Assembly (NCBI GenBank): GCA_963726455.1
Contig: CAVSCK010000004.1
Span: 1,376,001-1,440,000, forward strand
Direction of reading: 5' to 3'
DNA from: an uncultured bacterium
GTDB lineage: Bacteria; Zixibacteria; MSB-5A5; CAIYYT01
Length of the DNA stretch: 64,000 bases
Below, one piece after another: positions 29,917 to 39,047 of this stretch (the first letter of the stretch is position 1; each line of letters begins with the position of its first letter). Both the position numbers and the translations under genes were made by a program. The notes under the pieces are model-generated. The model had not been told where the DNA came from and did no database searches. It worked only from the letters and a program-made list of their open reading frames with translations.

Positions 29917-32427
29917 CTACGGTATCACCATGAATTTGCCCGTGAGCTTGTCGCCGCCGGACGATTCAATTATATACAGATAAACTCCTCCCGCAACAAT
30001 GTCACCCTTGCCGTTGCGGCCATCCCAACGATCAATGTCATCGTATTGCGTGTCACCACTACGACTGATGCCGCTGGCAATGGTCTTGACCAGATTATTC
30101 GCGAAATCGTATATCTTGATCGAGACATCACCCGCCTGCTTCAGCTTATAGTGAAATTTTAAAGGGCCATCCGCGAGATACGGAGAAAACGGATTGGGAG
30201 TAACGTAAGAGCGTTGATCATCAGCCGCCGTGGGCGAAATGGGGTAGAATGTACGGATGATTTGCCAATCAACGAGATTCGCACTATGGGCGACGCCATC
30301 ATTAGTGCCGACCCAGAGTTCGCCGTTGATATATTTTGCCGCGTATACTTCCACGTTCCCGCCTATGTTTCGGCCCGAAACCGGATCATTAATTTGAAGG
30401 GTGGTCCAGTCCGACCCTGAGTTCGTACTCATCTTCAGGCCTTCCGAGGCAGGTACCCAAACGGTATCGCCATTGAAATCGAAATTCCACGCGCTGACGC
30501 CGTCAAGAGGGAGTCTCCAGGTTCTGCCACGGTCAGTCGTCGTGCAGACGCCGTTATGTTGATAAGTGCTGGTCGCCCGTACCGCCGCCCAGAGAGTGCT
30601 CTGGCCGCCGCGATGCTGAATCCCCATTGCCGGTATGAAACTGCCGGCCAATTCGGTATCTGCCGGTACTGCCCCCTTCGGAGCCGACGTTCCCACAAAA
30701 TCGAAACTGTCGGCTACAGTGTTGGCTTTCAAAACCGTCCAGTACGGGATAGCTATATTAGTGTCGGAGAAGAGCGTCACGAACGCTGCCCCTTGATCGA
30801 ACGACCCGATATGAGTTTCAAACGGCGACGACGCCACCGAGAGCAACCGCGCATACCTTCCAATTGTATTGGCCTGATCGGCCACCGGCGGAGAATTCCA
30901 GTGCTGGCCGAAGTCAACCGTCTGATATAATCCTTCATCGGTCGCGACCCATACGAGTGTGTCCTTGAATTGATCCACTATCGAAATGTCATTCGGCGTC
31001 ACCGCAGGCGGTCCAGTCAGGTTGGATGTCCAGGTGCTCCCGCCATCTAAGCTCCGTAAGATTGCGGACCGGACATCGCTGCCCGTTCTCAGAGTATGTG
31101 TAGCAGCCCAGATTTCGTCTCCGTTCGCCGTCACCATGGTGCTGATTGACACAACCTGCTGGCCGTGCAGGGTGTCATCGACTAAAGGCCGATAGACTGC
31201 CGAGTCGAGCGTTGCAAGATTCGCGAAATAGAAAGAGACTAGTCCCGAATCGGTGCCTGCGAGAACCTTGGTGAACGACTCTCGCGGCGCGATATCGACG
31301 CAATGGATTCTGTTTCTCACATCAGCGGGTGAAGTGTTGGTTGAGTCGAGATAGTAATTAGTCCAGGTCATCCCCTGATTGGTGGACCGAATAAGGCCGC
31401 CCTGATTACACGCCGCCCAGATGTCTCCGCCATGAACTGATATTTTCTCAACCATCTTATTTGCGCCGGTCGCCTGTTCGGGAGTTTCCGTGAACCAGTC
31501 GCGACCGCCGTTGGTCGAGACGACGAATCCCAGCGAAGTCTGACTCAGAGTATCGTAGATGCCGGCGCAGACCAGATTTCCGGCAGCTCCAATCGCCGAC
31601 ACGAAATTGCCCGGTAGCCCATTGTCCGTATTGTAGGTAAGGAAGATGAAGGTACTGTCATTGAATTTCGTCGTACCGCGGTCGGTGGCATACCACCAGG
31701 TCTCACCATCATAGGCGATATCATTAATGCGATTGCTCGCAAGCTTCTTGTGTTTGCCAATGTAGTAAAAACGTTGAATTCCGCCCGCCGTACCGGCCCA
31801 GACAATGACCGTGTCGTCGTGGTAGGGATCAATCAAAGCGGAAAAGTATCTGCCGGTCAGGTAGTTGTATTGCTTGTTCTCGAAATCGTTTCTCAACAGC
31901 GTGTCGGCGAAAACATTCTGCCAGGTTTGCCCATAGTCCAGACTTCGTATCAAGCCGCCATAGAAGCATGGCGCCCAAACGGCTGAATCACGCACCGCCA
32001 GATCATAGGCCAGCATGCCCGGCGAAGATGCCGACTTTGGCTCCACCAAGTTCCAGTTGTCGCCGAAATCAGTGCTGATTTCGATTCCGCCGCCGGAAGG
32101 CACAAGATCGGTTGAATTTGACGCCGAGGTATCATAGGATGTCGCCACCCAGAGGCGCGAACCCTGTGATGCCAGCGCTGAAATCGAACTGCGTTTAAAG
32201 CCGTTGGTCGTATTGAACGACCTCCAAGTCGCGCCACCATCACGCGTCCCCGACAAGCCGTTGCCGGTCGCCAGCCAGACGTAGGTACCGTCGTAAATGA
32301 TGTCGACGATGCTGTTGTCCGCCAGCGTGTCAAACGGTTGCGAGAGGTCGAAAGCCATCCAGCCGTAGGCGGGAATAGCCCCTGCCAGCACCAGGACCGG
32401 AATCAGAATAAAAAGCCATCTTCTCAT
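29917..32427 (-). CDS. Secreted beta-propeller (BNR/Asp-box repeat) protein with a FlgD-Ig/T9SS-like C-terminal domain
   Basis: Signal peptide; many S/T-x-D/N-x-G-x-T/N-W boxes; C-terminus PNPF...IYD...WDGRN..G...GVYLY...GKFMVIP. Confidence 0.8.
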   Translation of the reverse strand: MRRWLFILIPVLVLAGAIPAYGWMAFDLSQPFDTLADNSIVDIIYDGTYVWLATGNGLSGTRDGGATWRSFNTTNGFKRSSISALASQGSRLWVATSYDTSASNSTDLVPSGGGIEISTDFGDNWNLVEPKSASSPGMLAYDLAVRDSAVWAPCFYGGLIRSLDYGQTWQNVFADTLLRNDFENKQYNYLTGRYFSALIDPYHDDTVIVWAGTAGGIQRFYYIGKHKKLASNRINDIAYDGETWWYATDRGTTKFNDSTFIFLTYNTDNGLPGNFVSAIGAAGNLVCAGIYDTLSQTSLGFVVSTNGGRDWFTETPEQATGANKMVEKISVHGGDIWAACNQGGLIRSTNQGMTWTNYYLDSTNTSPADVRNRIHCVDIAPRESFTKVLAGTDSGLVSFYFANLATLDSAVYRPLVDDTLHGQQVVSISTMVTANGDEIWAATHTLRTGSDVRSAILRSLDGGSTWTSNLTGPPAVTPNDISIVDQFKDTLVWVATDEGLYQTVDFGQHWNSPPVADQANTIGRYARLLSVASSPFETHIGSFDQGAAFVTLFSDTNIAIPYWTVLKANTVADSFDFVGTSAPKGAVPADTELAGSFIPAMGIQHRGGQSTLWAAVRATSTYQHNGVCTTTDRGRTWRLPLDGVSAWNFDFNGDTVWVPASEGLKMSTNSGSDWTTLQINDPVSGRNIGGNVEVYAAKYINGELWVGTNDGVAHSANLVDWQIIRTFYPISPTAADDQRSYVTPNPFSPYLADGPLKFHYKLKQAGDVSIKIYDFANNLVKTIASGISRSGDTQYDDIDRWDGRNGKGDIVAGGVYLYIIESSGGDKLTGKFMVIP

Positions 32428-32614
32428 GATCTTCCCACTAAAACAAAACGACCGAAACCCCGCGGACTTGCGAGCATTTCGGTGTTTGCGCATTTATGGT
32501 TATGGTCACTATATTCCCTGATGTAACGATTTAAGTCGTTGGCAAACGCTCGATAAGGTCTCCTCCTGCCCTAAACTATGGTTCTGTATCGTCATGTCAA
32601 GCAAAAACATGACG

Positions 32615-33571
32615 TCAAGCACCACTTCCCTGTTTAATCTCTGACAAGTCCAGTTCCTTAAAACGATCGAGCAACATCCCCCAGCGCAGGCCGCGATTCG
32701 ACACTGTAAGTCCTTCGCACTGCAATAGATCGATCAGGTAGGTGAGAATCAGGCCGCCTGCCACAATGATTTCGGCGCGGTCGGGATCAAATGCCAGCAG
32801 AGTTCGCCGTTCTTCGGTTGACATTGCGGATAGCTTGGCGACCGTTTCAGCCAGCCACTCGCGGTCCAGCCGGACACCATGAACCTGAACCGGATCAAAG
32901 ACCTGCCTGCCGAGGAGTAATGTTGCGAAGGTGACTGCCGTGCCGCCAACGGCAATTGCGTATTGGGCGCGCGGCACCGGCTCCAGCGCCGTGGCGGAGA
33001 TGGTAGATCCCAGTTGCCTCCGGGCGACTTCAGCTTTTTGTGCATCAACTTTCCCTGTGAGATTACACAACTCCGCCAATTTGACTGCGCCCATCGGAAA
33101 GCTTCTGGCAAACTCAATCTGGCTGCCTTTTCCGAAGATGACCTCGGATGATCCGCCACCCACATCGAAGACGATTCGTTCATGTGGAATTGACGAAAGC
33201 CCGGATGCGGCGGCTTTGTAGGACAATTCCGCCTCACGGTTACCGTCGATGATTTCTACTTTCCAACCATAGCGTCGAGCGATCTCCGCCGCCAGATCGG
33301 GACCGTTGCGGGTGACGCGAAATACTTGCGTGCCACAAACAGTAACCTTCGTGGCGTGGTAATTCGTGAGCAATTCGGCGAAACGATCCAGAGCGCCGAA
33401 TTGTCGTTCGATTGCCTCACGGGTGATGAGATTTCCGGCTGTAGCGCCAGACGACAATTTGGTCGAGAGCTTGGTATCCACCTGCACTCGCACGGCGCCG
33501 AAATGTGTGCGCTCGACGATCAATAGCAACGAGGAGTTGGAACCGATATCAATTGCTGCGTAGCGGCCCAA
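32615..33571 (-). CDS. Ppx/GppA family phosphatase
   Basis: AIDIGSNS, REAELS, DVGGGSSE and GLRWG motifs. Confidence 0.9.
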   Translation of the reverse strand: MGRYAAIDIGSNSSLLLIVERTHFGAVRVQVDTKLSTKLSSGATAGNLITREAIERQFGALDRFAELLTNYHATKVTVCGTQVFRVTRNGPDLAAEIARRYGWKVEIIDGNREAELSYKAAASGLSSIPHERIVFDVGGGSSEVIFGKGSQIEFARSFPMGAVKLAELCNLTGKVDAQKAEVARRQLGSTISATALEPVPRAQYAIAVGGTAVTFATLLLGRQVFDPVQVHGVRLDREWLAETVAKLSAMSTEERRTLLAFDPDRAEIIVAGGLILTYLIDLLQCEGLTVSNRGLRWGMLLDRFKELDLSEIKQGSGA

Positions 33572-33583
33572 GGGACTAGCGAT

Positions 33584-34576
33584 CTACTTGCCCAGTTCCT
33601 TGCGAAACTTGGCGGTCAGGGCCGGCAATATCTCGAACAGATCGCCGACGATTCCATAGGTTGCCACGTTGAAGATCGGGGCATCGGGATCGCGATTGAC
33701 GGCGACAATAGTCCCGGAGGATTGCATACCTACGAGATGCTGAATCGCCCCGGAAATACCCACGGCAAAATAGAGCTTGGGATTGACCGTGCGGCCGGTT
33801 TGGCCCACCTGATACTTGTAGGCAATCCAGCCCGCATCGACTACCGCGCGTGAAGCGCCCACGGCGCCATTCAAGGATTGCGCCAGATCCTGAATGATCT
33901 TGAAATTCGCCGGCTCTTTGAGGCCACGTCCACCGGAAACAATAATATCCGCCTCCGCCAAGCTCACTTCTCCCCCCGTCGTCACGGCGCCTGTCTCAAC
34001 GCTGTACGATGACGAACTTGCGTCGGCTGACGCGGCGAATGGTTCGACAGTTCCGGCGTGCGACGCATCCGCTGTGGCCGGGGCGTAGATTTTCGGCCGC
34101 AGAGTTGCGATTTGAGGTATCGATTTGAACTTGACCGTCAGATAGGCCTTGCCACCATAAGCGGGGCGAGTTACCTCAAGGGTTCCGTCACTTCCGACTT
34201 CGAGTTTCGTGCAGTCGGACGCGATGCTGACGCCCAACAATGCTGCGAACCTGCCGAACATCGCCTTGCCATAGAAATTGGCCGGGCCCAAGACGATCTG
34301 AGGCGACTTAGTCTTTACCAGTTCGAGCAAGATCTTCGCGTAGGCATCGTCCGCGAACTTGTCGAGCGCCGGGTTTTCTACCGTGAAACAAACATCAGCA
34401 CCAACTGCAACCGCTTCCTTTGCGCATGATTCAGTGTCGCTGCCGATTACCAGTGCTCCCAATTTTCCGGACAATTTGTCAGCCAGTTGACGGCCAATAT
34501 TGAGCAACTCCAGCGCCGTACCGGACAGCGCCGAACCTTTCTTCTGGGCAAATACGATAACCTTCTGATCACTCAC
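33584..34576 (-). CDS. etfA: Electron transfer flavoprotein alpha subunit
   Basis: IVSGGRG, GASRAVVD, QVGQTG and GISGAIQH motifs. Confidence 0.95.
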   Translation of the reverse strand: MSDQKVIVFAQKKGSALSGTALELLNIGRQLADKLSGKLGALVIGSDTESCAKEAVAVGADVCFTVENPALDKFADDAYAKILLELVKTKSPQIVLGPANFYGKAMFGRFAALLGVSIASDCTKLEVGSDGTLEVTRPAYGGKAYLTVKFKSIPQIATLRPKIYAPATADASHAGTVEPFAASADASSSSYSVETGAVTTGGEVSLAEADIIVSGGRGLKEPANFKIIQDLAQSLNGAVGASRAVVDAGWIAYKYQVGQTGRTVNPKLYFAVGISGAIQHLVGMQSSGTIVAVNRDPDAPIFNVATYGIVGDLFEILPALTAKFRKELGK

Positions 34577-34577
34577 G

Positions 34578-35750
34578 CTAATTCTCCTTTAGCCGATTGG
34601 CTGCCATAATCGCGCTGCTGTAAACTCTCATAAACGGCACTCCCGCCTTCAGCGCTGCCGCAGCCACATCATCATATTCAGGGCTGAATTTACTAATATC
34701 GCCGCCGGAAAAGTACTTAATTCGAATCGCTCCGAACTCGGTTTCGACCGGCTCTATTTCGTAGGACAACTTGCGCCGCGACTCAGATCGCATCCGGACG
34801 CCGGCGGTTGATGATTCGCGCAGAACGATTCCGGAAAGAGACTCCATTTTATCCTGATGGCAAATCACAGACAACAAATGCCCGGGACGGTTCTTCTTCA
34901 TTAGGATCGAGGTCACGAATACATCCAGAGCTCCGGATTCCAGCAAACGCTGCTGCAAGTGCCCGATCTGTTCCGGCGTGGCGTCATCAATGTTGGTCTC
35001 GATAATCACGACCTGATCGCTGTCGAGTCTTGGCTCAGTCGATCCGACAATCAGCCGCAGCAAATTGGGACGATCATCAAGGTCCATCGTCCCGGCGCCA
35101 TATCCAATCTTCTCAACCACCATTTCAAATCCGGGCGCGTATTCAGCCAGCTCGGCGATAATCGCGGCTCCCGTCGGCGTAGTCATTTCCTTGCCATTTT
35201 CGATGCGCTTGACGGGAAAATTCCTGACGATTTCAAGTGTCGCCGGCGCCGGCAACGGGATCGCTCCGTGTGCCGACTTGACCACGCCGCTTCCCAGCAA
35301 AATCGCCGATGAGTATAGTTTCTCGATTCCGAGATGCTTGAATCCAGCCACTGCGCACACGATGTCACAGATGGCATCGATCGCGCCGACTTCGTGGAAA
35401 TGAATTTTCTCGACAGGCACGTCATGCATTCGCGCCTCTGCCTCACCGATACGCCGGAAGATCGCCTTGACCGAGCGCTTGACATCGCCGTCGAGCCGCG
35501 ATTCGTCGATGATTCTTTCAATGGCTGACAAATGCCGATGGGGTGGGTCTGTCTCCGATGTTTCGAAGCGCACGGTGATGCCACTTAGTCCCTGCTTGGT
35601 TGTGGTGCCGGTGGAAAGTTTCGCGGAAGGAAGGCCCAGCAAGTCAAGCTGTGATTGCAGATAATCCGGTTCACATCCGGCGCCGATGATACTGCCGACA
35701 ATCATGTCGCCTGACGCGCCGGAAAAACAGTCGAGATAACCGATTCGCAT
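34578..35750 (-). CDS. larC: Nickel-pincer cofactor biosynthesis protein LarC
   Basis: YLDCFSGASGDM, HFHEVG, PAPAT, TPTGAA, ETNIDD, MKKNRPG and PEYDD motifs. Confidence 0.95.
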   Translation of the reverse strand: MRIGYLDCFSGASGDMIVGSIIGAGCEPDYLQSQLDLLGLPSAKLSTGTTTKQGLSGITVRFETSETDPPHRHLSAIERIIDESRLDGDVKRSVKAIFRRIGEAEARMHDVPVEKIHFHEVGAIDAICDIVCAVAGFKHLGIEKLYSSAILLGSGVVKSAHGAIPLPAPATLEIVRNFPVKRIENGKEMTTPTGAAIIAELAEYAPGFEMVVEKIGYGAGTMDLDDRPNLLRLIVGSTEPRLDSDQVVIIETNIDDATPEQIGHLQQRLLESGALDVFVTSILMKKNRPGHLLSVICHQDKMESLSGIVLRESSTAGVRMRSESRRKLSYEIEPVETEFGAIRIKYFSGGDISKFSPEYDDVAAAALKAGVPFMRVYSSAIMAANRLKEN

Positions 35751-35751
35751 A

Positions 35752-36516
35752 TTACTTCTTTGTGCGCCCCAGCAACTGCATAATTCGCACCGCTGCCACT
35801 GCGGCACCAAAGCCGTTGTCGATATTGACGACCGTGATTCCCGACGAGCAGGAATTCAGCATCGACAGTAGCGGCGCTATGCCCGCGAATGAAGTTCCGT
35901 AACCCACCGAAGTCGGTACCGCCACGACCGGCACATCGACTAATCCGCCCACTACCGATGGCAAAGCGCCTTCCATGCCGGCGACCACGATAATCACTTT
36001 GGCATGATCCAGGTCGTGCGACTGCGACAACAAACGATGAATTCCTGCCACGCCGACATCATATAGCCGGTCCGCGTCGTATCCCAGCGTCTCGCAAGTA
36101 ACAGCCGCTTCCTCGGCGATCGGAATATCTGACGTGCCCGCCGTGATGACGAGAATACCCGGGGTTCGTTTGATTTTGGCTTTTGTGAGGTATGCCGCAC
36201 GTGCCTGTTCGTTGTATTGTAGTTTTGGTAGTTTCTTCTTGAGATATGCGAACTTGGATTTGTCCAACCTGGTTATCAAGAGCGGCTCACCTTTAGCGAC
36301 AATGCGCCTGGCTATCACGGCGATTTGGTCCGACGGTTTGCTCTCGGCGAAAATCACTTCCGGGAATCCGCAACGGCTTCGCCGTCCGTGATCGATGCGG
36401 GCAAAGCCGACGTCCTCAATCGAGTTTTGATTCAGCAACTTCATGGCCTCGCTGATAGACAGACGTCCGTCGGCCACCTGTGCCAGAACCCGTTTCAATT
36501 CGCTATCGTTCTTCAT
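35752..36516 (-). CDS. larB: Nickel-pincer cofactor biosynthesis protein LarB
   Basis: GFPEVIF, AGTSDIPIAEEA, DVGVAGIHRL and VVNIDNGFGAA motifs; ATGA overlap with dusB. Confidence 0.95.
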   Translation of the reverse strand: MKNDSELKRVLAQVADGRLSISEAMKLLNQNSIEDVGFARIDHGRRSRCGFPEVIFAESKPSDQIAVIARRIVAKGEPLLITRLDKSKFAYLKKKLPKLQYNEQARAAYLTKAKIKRTPGILVITAGTSDIPIAEEAAVTCETLGYDADRLYDVGVAGIHRLLSQSHDLDHAKVIIVVAGMEGALPSVVGGLVDVPVVAVPTSVGYGTSFAGIAPLLSMLNSCSSGITVVNIDNGFGAAVAAVRIMQLLGRTKK

Positions 36517-37490
36517 GCCGCATTTTCCCTGGTCGATTCGACCGCTTGAGTTAGATAGTGCTCGACCTCGGCGTAGGTGTTTACCTGAAACAAGGTCGGA
36601 TCCACTCGCTTCCTTCCCGTAATGCCACGATAATACCATCCCAGAAGTTTGCGCGACCGTCTGACGCCGGCGGATTCGCCGTAGAGGTCAACGATGCCGC
36701 GAACGTGCTCCAGGCAGGTCAGGATGCGCTCTGCATTCCCTGCGCGGGGCGCCGGCGATCCTGTATCGAACAGAGTTCTGACCTCCCGGAAGATGAAGGG
36801 ATTCCCCAATGTCGCCGTGGCAACCATCACGCCATCACAGCCGGTTTCCTTAACCATTCTGACGGCATCATCAGCCGTGCGAATGCCGCCATTCCCGATC
36901 ACCGGGATGGACACTGTTTCCTTAAGCTGCTGGATATGATCCCAATGCGTTTCCGGCGCGAAATGCTCAGTTTGGGTGCGGGCATGCAGGCAAATGTATG
37001 ACGCCCCACTTCCCTCAGCTATCCTGCCTGCTTCCAGAAAATTGACACTTCGCGTGTCCCATCCCGAACGAATTTTGATGGAGAACGGAATCGATATGCC
37101 CTTGACAGCCGCAACAATTATCTTTTCCAGCAGCGACAGATCTTTGAGTAATGCCGCGCCGCCGTTCTTATCAACTACCTTATGAACCGGGCAACCGCAG
37201 TTTAAGTCTATCGAGTCGAAACCGAAGTCCTGCATCATAACCGCCGCGTCGGCAATGGCTTCCGGCCGGGTGCCGAACAACTGGCATCCCAGGTTGGTCT
37301 CGTCGGGATAACGCCGCAGCATTTCCCACGTCCGCAGGTTGTTCCTCACAAGTCCTTCGGCGGCAATCATTTCCGCGAAAGAATAATCGGCGCCTAACCG
37401 TTTGGCGATCATTCGGTACGGCCAGTCAGACACACCTGCCAGTGGCGCTGCAAAGACCCAGGGACGATTTCTCAAGTTTAGCCGTATCAT
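36513..37490 (-). CDS. dusB: tRNA-dihydrouridine synthase B family
   Basis: APLAG, IDLNCGCP, KIRSGW and GNGGI motifs. Confidence 0.9.
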   Translation of the reverse strand: MIRLNLRNRPWVFAAPLAGVSDWPYRMIAKRLGADYSFAEMIAAEGLVRNNLRTWEMLRRYPDETNLGCQLFGTRPEAIADAAVMMQDFGFDSIDLNCGCPVHKVVDKNGGAALLKDLSLLEKIIVAAVKGISIPFSIKIRSGWDTRSVNFLEAGRIAEGSGASYICLHARTQTEHFAPETHWDHIQQLKETVSIPVIGNGGIRTADDAVRMVKETGCDGVMVATATLGNPFIFREVRTLFDTGSPAPRAGNAERILTCLEHVRGIVDLYGESAGVRRSRKLLGWYYRGITGRKRVDPTLFQVNTYAEVEHYLTQAVESTRENAA

Positions 37491-37496
37491 GACGAA

Positions 37497-37525
37497 AATA
37501 TATATGAATACGAATGTTCCGGCAA
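37497..37525 (-). promoter_or_regulatory. Putative sigma70 promoter of the dusB operon, leaderless
   Basis: TTGCCG-17-TATATT; ATG 6 nt downstream; no SD. Confidence 0.6.
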
Positions 37526-37618
37526 GCTGTTTAGGTCAGACATGCTGGAAGCGTTAACTCGTTAAGTAGCAAGAAATGTTTTTGAAAAATATAATCCGGT
37601 AAGAAAGGAGCGCCGCCG

Positions 37619-38308
37619 ATGCCCGAAATTATCGTAAAATTCGCAGACAAAATCATCGAGCGGGTTGTCACCGAAAAGGAGCACATTTCTATCGGCCGGA
37701 CGACCGAGAACGACATAGTGTTGGACAACCGCGGCGTTTCCCGCAAACACGCCCAGATAGAATTCGCCGACGGCTCAGCCGTAGTAATCGACAACGACAG
37801 TCTGAACGGCACTTTTGTCAACCAGCGCAAGGTGACGGAACAGCCGCTGCATGACAACGACGTCATTACCATTGGCAAGTACGATCTTCTTTTCTATACT
37901 GAAGCACAACCCAGCCGTAGAATGTCCGATATGGACGGTACCATGGTTCTGGCGACCAAGAAGCAAAGAGAGCTCGTCGAGAAGGACCGCGAGGATAAGG
38001 AAATGGCCCAGGAACTGGGCGGCTCTATTCTTCTCGCCGTCAATGACCGGAACAAGACCAAGTACGGCCTCAATGAAGAGACGATCACACTGGGCAAGTC
38101 GGGCTTCGTGAATATTCCGGTGCGGGGATTCTTCGTGTCCAAGCTGCAGGCCAAAATCATGCGTGAAGGCGACACCTTCACCCTTATTAATGTCGGCCGC
38201 GCCAACAAAACCTGCGTCAACGGAGAACCGGTTGGTACCGCTACACTCAAGAATGGGGACATAATCGAAGTAGGTAAGTCAATCTTTCGGTTTATTGAAG
38301 GAAAGTAA
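37619..38308 (+). CDS. Double FHA-domain protein
   Basis: FHA1: IGR...VSRKHA...SLNGTFVN. FHA2 is degenerate: LGK...VSKLQA...TCVN. TATAAT and AAGGAG upstream. Confidence 0.9.
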   Translation: MPEIIVKFADKIIERVVTEKEHISIGRTTENDIVLDNRGVSRKHAQIEFADGSAVVIDNDSLNGTFVNQRKVTEQPLHDNDVITIGKYDLLFYTEAQPSRRMSDMDGTMVLATKKQRELVEKDREDKEMAQELGGSILLAVNDRNKTKYGLNEETITLGKSGFVNIPVRGFFVSKLQAKIMREGDTFTLINVGRANKTCVNGEPVGTATLKNGDIIEVGKSIFRFIEGK

Positions 38309-39039
38309 TGATCTTTGCCCTGATATCGGATGTCCATGGCAACCTGGAGGCACTCACTGCAGTCATGGATGACATCAAAAGCAACGGCAAGGTCGAAGAG
38401 ATACTGTTTCTCGGCGACGCCGTAGGTTATGGCGCCAATCCCAATGAAGTGCTGCAAATCATTGATCGCAATTGCAGGATCAAACTGATGGGAAATCACG
38501 ACTACAGCGCCCTGGGGTTACTTGATCCCGCGGAGTTCAATGCCTTTGCTCGCAGCGGTATCAATTTCAGCGTGTCGGTATTGTCTGCCGAGTCCAAGCA
38601 TCTGCTTTCGACTTTTCGCATGTCAGAACAATTTGGCGAATTGCTTCTCGTTCACGCCACCCCTGATGCGCCGGAGAAATGGAATTACTGTCTCTCGTCT
38701 GCGGAAGCCGGACGACAATTTGCCGCCTTTACGGATCCGATCTGCTTTATCGCTCATTCGCATCAGCCGATTGTGTACCAACAGGACACACTCGGCGAAG
38801 TCGATGTCCGCGTTGAGAGTGATTTCATCCTCCGCAACGACTGCCGGTACATAGTCAACATTGGGTCGGTCGGGCAGCCGCGTGACGGTGATCCACGTTC
38901 CTGTTATGTTATCTTTGATACAATCGCGCAGCGACTGCAATATCGCCGCGTTGAGTACGACATCGAATCAGCGCAGGCAAAAATGAAGTCTGCCGAATTG
39001 CCGACTTTTCTAATTGAACGTTTGGCTGTCGGGAAATAA
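38308..39039 (+). CDS. Calcineurin-like metallophosphoesterase
   Basis: SDVHGN, LGDAVGYG, GNHD, HSH and NIGSVGQPRD motifs. Confidence 0.9.
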   Translation: MIFALISDVHGNLEALTAVMDDIKSNGKVEEILFLGDAVGYGANPNEVLQIIDRNCRIKLMGNHDYSALGLLDPAEFNAFARSGINFSVSVLSAESKHLLSTFRMSEQFGELLLVHATPDAPEKWNYCLSSAEAGRQFAAFTDPICFIAHSHQPIVYQQDTLGEVDVRVESDFILRNDCRYIVNIGSVGQPRDGDPRSCYVIFDTIAQRLQYRRVEYDIESAQAKMKSAELPTFLIERLAVGK

Positions 39040-39047
39040 GGGGAGCC

